Shown here one piece after another: positions 10,199 to 18,361 of a stretch of DNA of 64,000 nt. Below the pieces are notes generated by a model. That model saw nothing but the letters and a program-made list of their open reading frames with translations. It was not told the DNA's origin and made no database searches. Position numbers and translations under genes: made by a program. This DNA is from Sphingobacteriaceae bacterium (GTDB taxonomy: Bacteria; Bacteroidota; Bacteroidia; Sphingobacteriales; Sphingobacteriaceae). Every line of letters starts with the position of its first letter. The first letter of the stretch is position 1. The stretch is from positions 73,600-137,599 of the forward strand of contig JAHEGO010000001.1 in assembly GCA_024645045.1 (NCBI GenBank), in the 5' to 3' direction.

Positions 10199-12037
10199 AT
10201 GTCAGATCACACTACACATCACACTGATTCACATGATGCACACCACGGAGCGCATCACAAAGAAACATTTATTTCAAAATATGTGTTCAGTATGGACCAT
10301 AAAATGATTGCAAAACAATACTTGATTACAGGTATTATTATGGCAGTTGTTGGTATGGTGCTTTCTATATTGTTCAGAATTCAATTAGGTTGGCCAGATG
10401 AGTCTTTCCCTTTCTTAGAAAAATTACTAGGTAAATGGGCACAAGGAGGAAGAATCGACCCATCTTTTTACATGTCAATGGTTACCATTCACGGAACCAT
10501 CATGGTATTCTTTGTATTAACTGCAGGCTTAAGTGGAACGTTTAGTAATTTATTAATTCCTTTACAAGTAGGAGCAAGAGACATGGCATCGCCATTTATC
10601 AATATGCTTTCTTATTGGTTATTCTTTTTATCAAGTGTAATCATGGCTTGGTCATTGTTAATCGAATCTGGTCCTGCATCAGGTGGGTGGACAATTTATC
10701 CTCCATTATCTGCACTTCCAAAAGCAATGCCTGGCTCTGGTTTAGGTATGACATTATGGTTAATCTCGATGGCACTATTTGTTGCATCGGCTTTAATGGG
10801 TGGTATTAACTACATCAGTACAGTATTAAACATGCGTACAAAAGGTATGTCAATGACTAAAATGCCATTAACAATTTGGGCTTTCTTATTGACTGCAATT
10901 TTAGGTGTATTGTCTTTCCCTGTTTTATTTGCAGGTGTTATTTTATTAATATTTGACAGAGGCTTTGGTACAAGTTTCTATTTGTCTGACATATTCATTG
11001 GTGGTGAAGCATTGCCAAACCACGGCGGAAGTCCAGTGTTATTTCAACATTTATTCTGGTTCTTAGGACACCCTGAAGTTTATATCATTATCATGCCAGC
11101 TTTGGGAATCAGTTCAGAGATTATTGCAACCAACGCAAGGAAGCCAATCTTTGGTTACCGTGCCATGATCATCTCATTAATTGGTATTGCATTTTTATCA
11201 TTCATTGTTTGGGGTCACCATATGTTTGTAACAGGTATGAATCCTTTCTTAGGATCTGTATTTATGTTTACGACATTGATCATTGCAGTACCATCTGCGG
11301 TGAAGACTTTTAATTATTTAGCAACACTATGGAGAGGAAACATTCAGTTTACACCAGCAATGTTGTTTGCAATTGGTTTAGTATCTCTATTTATCACAGG
11401 CGGCTTAACTGGTATTTTCTTAGGAAATGCTTCATTAGATATCAACTTACACGACACTTATTTTGTTGTTGCCCATTTCCATATTGTAATGGGTAGTGCA
11501 GCTATGTTTGGTATGTTTGCAGGTGTCTATCATTGGTATCCACGTTTATTTGGTAAAATGATGGATACGCGCCTAGGATATTTCCATTTCTGGTTAACAT
11601 TCATTGCAGTTTATTGCGTGTTTTTCCCAATGCATTTTATGGGCTTAGATGGTGTGCCTAGAAGATATTATTCTTTCACAAGTTTTGACTTTATGAAAGA
11701 ATGGTTAGCAGTAAACAAATTCATCAGTATTGCAGCAATCTTAGGATCATTAGCGCAATTTATTTTCTTATATAACTTCTTCAGAAGCATTTTCAAAGGA
11801 AAGAAAGCGCCACAAAACCCTTGGAATTCTAATACTTTAGAATGGACTGCACCAGTTGAACACATGCATGGTAACTGGCCAGGAGAAATTCCTCACGTAT
11901 ATCGTTGGCCATATGACTACAGTAAGCCAGGTCATGATGAGGATTTTATTCCACAAAATGTTCCGTTGTCGCAAACCATGTCGTCTAATTTACCAGGTGA
12001 TTACGGTACACACCACGGAGCAAAAGGAGCTCATTAA
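10199..12037 (+). CDS. ctaD: cytochrome c oxidase subunit I (haem-copper oxidase catalytic subunit)
   Basis: 612 aa. Hallmarks are FWFLGHPEVYIII, WGHHMFVTG and VVAHFHIVM, with many transmembrane helices. Confidence 0.95.
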   Translation: MSDHTTHHTDSHDAHHGAHHKETFISKYVFSMDHKMIAKQYLITGIIMAVVGMVLSILFRIQLGWPDESFPFLEKLLGKWAQGGRIDPSFYMSMVTIHGTIMVFFVLTAGLSGTFSNLLIPLQVGARDMASPFINMLSYWLFFLSSVIMAWSLLIESGPASGGWTIYPPLSALPKAMPGSGLGMTLWLISMALFVASALMGGINYISTVLNMRTKGMSMTKMPLTIWAFLLTAILGVLSFPVLFAGVILLIFDRGFGTSFYLSDIFIGGEALPNHGGSPVLFQHLFWFLGHPEVYIIIMPALGISSEIIATNARKPIFGYRAMIISLIGIAFLSFIVWGHHMFVTGMNPFLGSVFMFTTLIIAVPSAVKTFNYLATLWRGNIQFTPAMLFAIGLVSLFITGGLTGIFLGNASLDINLHDTYFVVAHFHIVMGSAAMFGMFAGVYHWYPRLFGKMMDTRLGYFHFWLTFIAVYCVFFPMHFMGLDGVPRRYYSFTSFDFMKEWLAVNKFISIAAILGSLAQFIFLYNFFRSIFKGKKAPQNPWNSNTLEWTAPVEHMHGNWPGEIPHVYRWPYDYSKPGHDEDFIPQNVPLSQTMSSNLPGDYGTHHGAKGAH

Positions 12038-12051
12038 TAATTAGAAGAAGT

Positions 12052-13152
12052 ATGGATAATGCCGCAAATATTTCGGAGTATTCATCAAAAGAAAAAAGGT
12101 TTTTAAAAATTACCTTTTATACAATTTGTTCTTTGTTTCTTTTGATTCTTGCTGGTGGAGTAGTAAGAAGTTCAGGTTCAGGAATGGGCTGCCCAGATTG
12201 GCCAAAATGTTTTGATCAATGGGTTCCGCCAACTACTGTAGCACAACTTCCTGCAAACTACCAACAAGAATATGTAAACAAGCGTGTAGCTAAAAACAAC
12301 CGTTTTGCTAAACTGTTAAGTAAAATTGGTTTTGCCGAAAAGGCCGATCTAATTTTAAAAGACCAGTCGATTCTAACTGCAGAGCAGTTTAATGTCTGGA
12401 AAACTTATACAGAATATGTCAATAGGTTAATTGGCGCAATTACTGGATTGCTAATGTTTCTCATGACTATTGCAGCTTATCGTATTCGCCGCAATAACCG
12501 AGGAGTTTTTGCATTATGCGTTTCGTCAATGATTTTAGTTGTGATACAAGCATGGATTGGTTCGTGGGTGGTTTCGACAAATTTAACGAGCTGGGTAATT
12601 ACAGTGCATATGTTTTTAGCCTTAGTAATTATCGGATTGATTGCATTAGCCTATCAAAATGTTAAATACAAAAATTTACCTGTTCTGAAACTATCTGCTA
12701 AAAAGTTAAGAGCGGCAGAAATATTTACTTGGTTATGTTTAGTATTAACCACCACACAAATATTATTTGGAACTTCATTAAGAGAAAGTGTTGACCAACA
12801 AGCCGCGTTTTGGAATAATACTAATAGAGGCGCTTGGGTTTCTTTGAGTGAGGAAATATTTAACATACACAAAGGCTTTTCGATACTATTAATATTAGCT
12901 ACCGTTATTTGTGCAGGTTATATATTAGAACATTTTAAAGAAGTAAAAAGATTTAAAGGATATGTAATTTTAGTTTCAGTTTTAATGTCTTTACAATTAA
13001 TATCGGGTATAGTGTTAGCCTATTTTAGCCTTCCACCTGCAATGCAAACGGTGCATTTATTGTTAGCCAGTTTGTTGATTGGAGTTTGGGTAATGCAATT
13101 AGCACTGTTAGCAAACTATAGAAAAAGTATTTCTATGGCAATAATTAGTTAA
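12052..13152 (+). CDS. ctaA: haem A synthase (COX15/CtaA family)
   Basis: 366-aa polytopic membrane protein with GMGCPDWPKC near the N-terminus. Lies between the oxidase subunit I gene and the haem O synthase gene. Confidence 0.8.
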   Translation: MDNAANISEYSSKEKRFLKITFYTICSLFLLILAGGVVRSSGSGMGCPDWPKCFDQWVPPTTVAQLPANYQQEYVNKRVAKNNRFAKLLSKIGFAEKADLILKDQSILTAEQFNVWKTYTEYVNRLIGAITGLLMFLMTIAAYRIRRNNRGVFALCVSSMILVVIQAWIGSWVVSTNLTSWVITVHMFLALVIIGLIALAYQNVKYKNLPVLKLSAKKLRAAEIFTWLCLVLTTTQILFGTSLRESVDQQAAFWNNTNRGAWVSLSEEIFNIHKGFSILLILATVICAGYILEHFKEVKRFKGYVILVSVLMSLQLISGIVLAYFSLPPAMQTVHLLLASLLIGVWVMQLALLANYRKSISMAIIS

Positions 13153-14046
13153 GTGATAACAAAAGTATTAAATATCGAATCAACAGGAATGAAAGCTAGA
13201 ATTGGCAGTTATATTCAATTAGTAAAATTGAGATTAACCATGCTGGTTGTGTTTTCTGCTGCAATTACTTTTGCGTATGCTGCAAAGGGACAATTGAAGT
13301 GGCCTGAATTATTGTTGATGATATTGGGTGGTTTTTTAACAACCGGTTCTGCAAATAGTTTAAACCAAATTATTGAGAAAGATACCGATAAGCTAATGCA
13401 CCGCACGCAAAATAGACCAATGCCAACTTATAAATTAAGCTTGACAGAGGCACTGGCTTTTTCAATAAGCATGGGAGTTGCGGGAATTTTTATTTTAACG
13501 TATTATTTTAATTTAATAACGGGTGTTTTAGGATTATTCTCAATCATCTCTTACGCATTTATTTATACACCACTAAAACTCAAATCTTCTTTTGCAGTTT
13601 TTGTAGGGGCAGTAGCAGGTGCAATGCCACCATTGTTAGGCTATGTTGCATACACAAATAAATTTGGTTTTGAGCCAGGGATTATGTTTGCTATTCAATT
13701 CATTTGGCAGTTCCCGCATTTTTGGGCTGTTGCTTGGGTGTTAGATGAAGACTACCGCCGAGCGAATATGTTTTTGTTGCCTTCAAAAGAAGGAAGAGGC
13801 AAAAGCAGCGCATTCCAAATTATGTTATTTACACTAGTATTAATTCCTGTTAGCTTGTTACCAATGAAATTTGGAATGGCGGGTACCACATTGGGAATTA
13901 TTTCCATATTAGCAGGTCTTGCATTTTTTATGCAATCAGTAAAACTATACAGAGAGTGCTCTTTAAAAGCAGCTCGCGAATTAATGTTTGGTTCATTTAT
14001 TTATTTGCCAGTTGTGCAAATCATATTATTAATTGATAAATTGTAA
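13153..14046 (+). CDS. cyoE: protohaem IX farnesyltransferase (haem O synthase)
   Basis: UbiA-type prenyltransferase motif NQIIEKDTDKLMHRTQNRP in a polytopic membrane protein. The GTG at 13153 abuts the ctaA stop. An internal ATG (MKARIG, 13189) is an alternative start. Confidence 0.85.
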   Translation: MITKVLNIESTGMKARIGSYIQLVKLRLTMLVVFSAAITFAYAAKGQLKWPELLLMILGGFLTTGSANSLNQIIEKDTDKLMHRTQNRPMPTYKLSLTEALAFSISMGVAGIFILTYYFNLITGVLGLFSIISYAFIYTPLKLKSSFAVFVGAVAGAMPPLLGYVAYTNKFGFEPGIMFAIQFIWQFPHFWAVAWVLDEDYRRANMFLLPSKEGRGKSSAFQIMLFTLVLIPVSLLPMKFGMAGTTLGIISILAGLAFFMQSVKLYRECSLKAARELMFGSFIYLPVVQIILLIDKL

Positions 14047-14049
14047 ACG

Positions 14050-14622
14050 ATGAACGCAGAAAACACAATACCATCAAATACATTTAACGGGCAACCTAAA
14101 AAGTTTGTTACGTGGTTGTTTGTATTAAGCTCACTCATGTGTTTTGCAGGTTTAACCAGTGCATACATTGTTAGAAAAGCAGAAGGCAATTGGAAAATTT
14201 TTGACTTACCTCAAACATTTTACTATACAACAGCATTAATTATTTTGAGTAGCATTACGCTTCACATCTCTTTGACCAATACAAAAAAAGGTCAAGTTGC
14301 TAAACAGAAAAATTTTCTTATACTAACCATTTTGTTAGGGTTAGGCTTTTTAATAGGTCAGTATATTGCATGGAAAGAATTAGTAGCCAATGGCATATTT
14401 TTTTCTGGTAATCCAGCTGAATCTTTCTTGTATGTAATCTCTGGGTTTCATGCATTTCATATCATTGCCGGCTTATTGCTTTTATTATATGCGCTTGCCG
14501 GTACTTCAAGCAAAATCAATCAAACAAAAAATATCTTTCGAATGGAAATAAGCGCCATCTTCTGGCACTTTATTGATATTTTGTGGATATATTTGTTCGT
14601 GTTTTTATTAATTAATAGATAG
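14050..14622 (+). CDS. cytochrome c oxidase subunit III-like protein (short paralogue 1)
   Basis: 190-aa membrane protein ending in the subunit III-type motif FWHFIDILWIYLFVF. Confidence 0.75.
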   Translation: MNAENTIPSNTFNGQPKKFVTWLFVLSSLMCFAGLTSAYIVRKAEGNWKIFDLPQTFYYTTALIILSSITLHISLTNTKKGQVAKQKNFLILTILLGLGFLIGQYIAWKELVANGIFFSGNPAESFLYVISGFHAFHIIAGLLLLLYALAGTSSKINQTKNIFRMEISAIFWHFIDILWIYLFVFLLINR

Positions 14623-14634
14623 TTTTTATTACCA

Positions 14635-15318
14635 ATGACAACAAACACTTCAGAAATCGACGAGATTAAATCAACACCATGGAATGGTGGAAGATCTCCT
14701 TTTAATGTGGAGTATGGCAAAATGATGATGTGGTTTTTTCTACTTTCAGATGCCTTTACTTTTTCAGGTTTATTAATCGCTTATGGCGCATTGCGTTTCA
14801 GTAGCGTTTCATGGCCAAATCCAGACGAGGTTTTTCAATCTGCTCCAGGTATCCACGGAGGTGCACCATTGGTGTTCGTGGGTATTATGACATTCATTTT
14901 AATTATGAGTTCTGTTACGATGGTTTTGGCTGTAGAAGCTGGACATCGTAAAGCAAAATCAGAAGTTTCTAAATGGATGATATGGACTATTATTGGTGGT
15001 TTCGCATTTTTAAGTTGTCAAGCTTGGGAATGGACACATCTTCACCATGAAGGTGCTTGGTGGGGCGCTAATCCATTTTTAAATAAAGACGGTTCTGTTG
15101 CGTCAACAAATTTCACAAATCTATTTTTTACCATTACTGGTTTTCATGGCTTCCACGTATTCTCAGGAGTAGTTTTGAATATCATTATTTGGATTAATGT
15201 TTTAGCTGGAACATACGAACGCAGAGGGCATTACGACATGATCGAGAAAGTTGGCTTATACTGGCACTTTGTAGATTTAGTTTGGGTGTTTGTATTTACA
15301 TTCTTCTATTTAGTTTAA
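14635..15318 (+). CDS. ctaE: cytochrome c oxidase subunit III (paralogue 2)
   Basis: 227-aa membrane protein with the C-terminal motif YWHFVDLVWVFVFTFFYL and the internal motif GFHGFHVFSGV. Confidence 0.8.
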   Translation: MTTNTSEIDEIKSTPWNGGRSPFNVEYGKMMMWFFLLSDAFTFSGLLIAYGALRFSSVSWPNPDEVFQSAPGIHGGAPLVFVGIMTFILIMSSVTMVLAVEAGHRKAKSEVSKWMIWTIIGGFAFLSCQAWEWTHLHHEGAWWGANPFLNKDGSVASTNFTNLFFTITGFHGFHVFSGVVLNIIIWINVLAGTYERRGHYDMIEKVGLYWHFVDLVWVFVFTFFYLV

Positions 15319-15342
15319 TTTTTATCTTTTATACATATTAAT

Positions 15343-15684
15343 ATGTCAGCAGATCAACAAAATATTGCACACCATGACGAACATGGTTCAATGACAAAAA
15401 AGAAAATTTGGGGTGTGTTTTGGGTGTTATTAGGTATTACTGCAATTGAATTTTTTATTGCATTGGTATTAATTCCACGCGGTGTGTTAAGTCATCCTGT
15501 AGGAAACATTATTTACATTGGATTAACATTATTAAAAGCATTTTACATTGTTGCTTATTTCATGCACTTGAAATTTGAAAAATTAGGCTTGATTTACTCA
15601 ATCATTGTACCTTTAATTTTCATCATATTCTTTATTGTATGGATGTTATACGAAGGAAACTTTTGGATGCATATCCGTTTATAA
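15343..15684 (+). CDS. cytochrome c oxidase subunit IV-like small membrane protein
   Basis: 113 aa with three hydrophobic helices, directly after the subunit III genes. Confidence 0.65.
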   Translation: MSADQQNIAHHDEHGSMTKKKIWGVFWVLLGITAIEFFIALVLIPRGVLSHPVGNIIYIGLTLLKAFYIVAYFMHLKFEKLGLIYSIIVPLIFIIFFIVWMLYEGNFWMHIRL

Positions 15685-15685
15685 T

Positions 15686-16375
15686 ATGAATAGCAAAGGG
15701 TTAAAGCAAACCGCCATATTATTCATCGTATTAGTTGTTCCGGTTATTGGGTATTTTCTACTCAAAACCGGAACAAATCATTATAAGGCTTTGCCAATTT
15801 ATGGCGAAAAGCAAACGGAGCAAGTTGAGGTCGATGGAAAATCTCGCATAGATACCATATATCATCAAATCGGATCTTTTAGTTTTCAAAATCAAAACAA
15901 CGAGACGATTAATGACAGGGCTCTTGCTGGCAAAATAAAAATCGTCAACTTTTTCTTTACAACTTGTCAAACCATTTGCCCAAAAATGGCAACACAAATG
16001 GAACGTGTTCAAAAAAGGGTGCAAACAATCGACGAAATTACTTTGTTGTCTTTTACAGTTAACCCTGAAAAAGATGATGTAAAGGCTTTGGCTAGTTATG
16101 CAAAAGCACACAACGCGATTAGTGGGAAGTGGAACATGCTAACCGGTCCTAAAAAAGAAATCTACGAATTAGCCAGAAGAAGTTATTTGGTAACTGCTTT
16201 AGAGGGCGATGGAGGGCCAGATGATTTTATTCATACAGAAATGGTGGTTTTGGTAGATCCTCAAAATAGAATCAGAGGCTATTATGATGGCACTTCTGAA
16301 AAGGCTGTGGATTCATTAATAGATGACATTAAAGTTTTAGTTAAAGAAGAAATTTCTCCAAAACAAAAAAAATAA
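15686..16375 (+). CDS. SCO1/SenC family copper chaperone
   Basis: N-terminal membrane anchor and thioredoxin-fold CxxxC (FTTCQTICP) with a downstream His (DFIHTEM). ATG at 15686 (MNSKGLKQ) is preferred; the track start at 15635 overlaps subunit IV in another frame. Confidence 0.85.
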   Translation: MNSKGLKQTAILFIVLVVPVIGYFLLKTGTNHYKALPIYGEKQTEQVEVDGKSRIDTIYHQIGSFSFQNQNNETINDRALAGKIKIVNFFFTTCQTICPKMATQMERVQKRVQTIDEITLLSFTVNPEKDDVKALASYAKAHNAISGKWNMLTGPKKEIYELARRSYLVTALEGDGGPDDFIHTEMVVLVDPQNRIRGYYDGTSEKAVDSLIDDIKVLVKEEISPKQKK

Positions 16376-16382
16376 TATTCAG

Positions 16383-16913
16383 ATGAATGATAAATTAATT
16401 GCAAGAGTAGTTTACGGCATTTCAATTTTTGTATTTATTGTAGTGGTAATATTGAATAGAAAGCTTATACCAGTTACTATTGAAACACCAAGCTTCGTTT
16501 ATTTTTTACCAAAGCTCAATGCAATTATCAATGGTTTGTGTAGTATCATGTTGCTCACTTCACTCTATCAAATCAAAAGAAAAAAAATTGAATTGCACAA
16601 AAAAATAAACATTGCAACTTTTTGTCTGTCTTCAATGTTTCTAGTTTCGTATATCCTGTTTCATTATTTTGTAAAAGAAACTAGCTACGGCGGAACAGGA
16701 TTTCTGAAATACATATACTATGTTATTTTAATAAGCCACATTTTCTTAGCGGCTATAGTTTTACCATTGATTCTTTTTAGTTTCAATGCAGGATTAAAAA
16801 TGGATGTTGAAAAACATAGAAAACTAGTGCGTTATACTTTCCCTATTTGGTTATATGTAACTATTACAGGCGTGTTGGTTTACTTAATGATTTCACCATA
16901 TTATACTTTCTAA
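16383..16913 (+). CDS. DUF420 family membrane protein (CtaM-like oxidase assembly factor candidate)
   Basis: 176 aa with four or five hydrophobic helices. Its position after SCO1 in a cta cluster recalls the DUF420/CtaM family from memory. Confidence 0.6.
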   Translation: MNDKLIARVVYGISIFVFIVVVILNRKLIPVTIETPSFVYFLPKLNAIINGLCSIMLLTSLYQIKRKKIELHKKINIATFCLSSMFLVSYILFHYFVKETSYGGTGFLKYIYYVILISHIFLAAIVLPLILFSFNAGLKMDVEKHRKLVRYTFPIWLYVTITGVLVYLMISPYYTF

Positions 16914-16914
16914 A

Positions 16915-17178
16915 ATGAAAAAAATATTTTTTGTTCTTGTGATTGTGTTATCCTTCTTTTCTATTGATACAACAATGGCACAATGTCCAATGTGTAAGAC
17001 AGCGGTAGAATCATCTATCAAAAGCGGGCAGAATAATGTTGGCAAAGGATTGAACGATGGTATTTTGTATTTACTAGCAGCGCCATATTTATTCGTTGGC
17101 GCATTAGGTGTAATTTGGTTTAAGAAATATAGGGCGAAGCAAATGAATGCTTCAGATGAAAATTTAACAGCAAATTAA
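16915..17178 (+). CDS. small membrane-anchored protein with periplasmic CxxC (CPMC), function unknown
   Basis: 87 aa. It has a signal-like N-terminus (…DTTMAQ), then CPMCK, a hydrophilic stretch, one transmembrane helix (ILYLLAAPYLFVGALGVIWF) and a basic tail. It starts 1 nt after the previous stop. Confidence 0.6.
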   Translation: MKKIFFVLVIVLSFFSIDTTMAQCPMCKTAVESSIKSGQNNVGKGLNDGILYLLAAPYLFVGALGVIWFKKYRAKQMNASDENLTAN

Positions 17179-17182
17179 TTGC

Positions 17183-17581
17183 ATGAGCAATCAAGTAACC
17201 CCTTCAAAGTTTTCATCAATTATAAAATGCAAGTGTCCAACTTGTAGAACAGGAGAAGTTTTTACCCATCCAGTAACTAGTTGGAATGACTACAATAAAA
17301 TGCATGAATATTGTCCTGTATGTGGGTTAAGGTACGAGCTTGAAATAGGGTTCTTCTGGGGTGCAATGTATGTAGGCTATGCATTCAATGTGGCGCTAAG
17401 TGTAAATGTGGGGATAGCTGTTTATATACTTGGGCATAATCCAGATGTTTGGGTATACATGTCTGCGATTATTGTTGGAATTATTTTAACGTATAGACTT
17501 AATTTTAGGTATGCAAGAATTTTATTGCTGCATATGTTTGCGCCAAAGTTCGACAAGAATTTTATAGACAAAAAAGACTAA
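17183..17581 (+). CDS. DUF983-like protein: zinc-ribbon (2x CxxC) plus two transmembrane helices
   Basis: 132 aa. CPTC and CPVC pairs are followed by the hydrophobic helices FFWGAMYVGYAFNVALSVNVGIAVYIL and VYMSAIIVGIILTY. Confidence 0.6.
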   Translation: MSNQVTPSKFSSIIKCKCPTCRTGEVFTHPVTSWNDYNKMHEYCPVCGLRYELEIGFFWGAMYVGYAFNVALSVNVGIAVYILGHNPDVWVYMSAIIVGIILTYRLNFRYARILLLHMFAPKFDKNFIDKKD

Positions 17582-17591
17582 CCCTCAAAAA

Positions 17592-18251
17592 ATGCTTCAA
17601 GCCAGCACCTTTAAATTCTTAAGTGCTTTACAAAAAAACAACAATCGTGAATGGTTTGCCATACACAAATCAGAATATGAATTAGCTAAGGCAGACGTAA
17701 TCTCCTTTGCAGAAAATATATTTCAAGCTTCATCAGTTTTCGATTCAAGTTATAAAAACCTTATTGCAGCAAAATGTGTGATGAGGATTTACCGTGATGT
17801 GCGGTTCTCAAAAAATAAAGCACCATACAAAACCAATTTCGGCATTGCCTATTCAAGTGAAGGCAAGCTTGTTGGTGGAACTGGATGTTTTATTCATATT
17901 CAGCCTGGGGCTTCTTTTGTTGCAGGCGGATATTACCTTCCACCTTCAGCAGACTTAAAAAAGATCAGACAAGAAATAGATTATAACCTTTCCTCATTTG
18001 AAGCAATTATTCAAGACCCTACTTTTAAAAAGCAGTTTGGTTCACTCAGTTTCGAAGATCAATTGAAAACAGCTCCAAGAGATTATCCTAAAGATCACCC
18101 AGCTATTGAATTATTGAAATTGAAAAGTTTTATTGCTGTTAAACCACTTTCTGACGAACTTTTACATTCAAAAAAAGCCATACATGCTGTAGTAGAAGCA
18201 AATCAAGCCATCGCTCCATTACGCGCATTTCTTGCAAACGCAATCTTATAA
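17592..18251 (+). CDS. DUF2461 (TIGR02453-like) conserved hypothetical protein
   Basis: 219-aa soluble protein. The N-terminal signature FKFLSALQKNNNREWF...K.EYE and the motif RIYRDVRFSK are recalled from that family. Confidence 0.6.
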   Translation: MLQASTFKFLSALQKNNNREWFAIHKSEYELAKADVISFAENIFQASSVFDSSYKNLIAAKCVMRIYRDVRFSKNKAPYKTNFGIAYSSEGKLVGGTGCFIHIQPGASFVAGGYYLPPSADLKKIRQEIDYNLSSFEAIIQDPTFKKQFGSLSFEDQLKTAPRDYPKDHPAIELLKLKSFIAVKPLSDELLHSKKAIHAVVEANQAIAPLRAFLANAIL

Positions 18252-18330
18252 ATTGCTTAAAATCAGCTAAACAAAGCATTAATATTTGCCACAAATTCAA
18301 ATTATAAGGCGGATTTCGGTTTTTTAAATG

Positions 18331-18338
18331 TACCTTTG
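18331..18338 (+). promoter_or_regulatory. candidate -7 promoter box (TACCTTTG) for typA
   Basis: Exact TAnnTTTG match ending 23 nt before the typA ATG at 18362. Confidence 0.5.
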
Positions 18339-18361
18339 CGGGCTTAAAAACTTTATTATAA

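Noticed and set aside
14050-15318. Possibility that the two subunit III-like ORFs are one frameshifted pseudogene
   Set aside because: Each ORF has its own ATG and each ends with a complete WHF(I/V)D C-terminal signature. They are paralogues, not halves.
15758-16111. 117-aa minus-strand ORF inside the SCO1 gene
   Set aside because: It is antisense to a motif-supported gene in a strictly co-directional operon, and nothing independent supports it.
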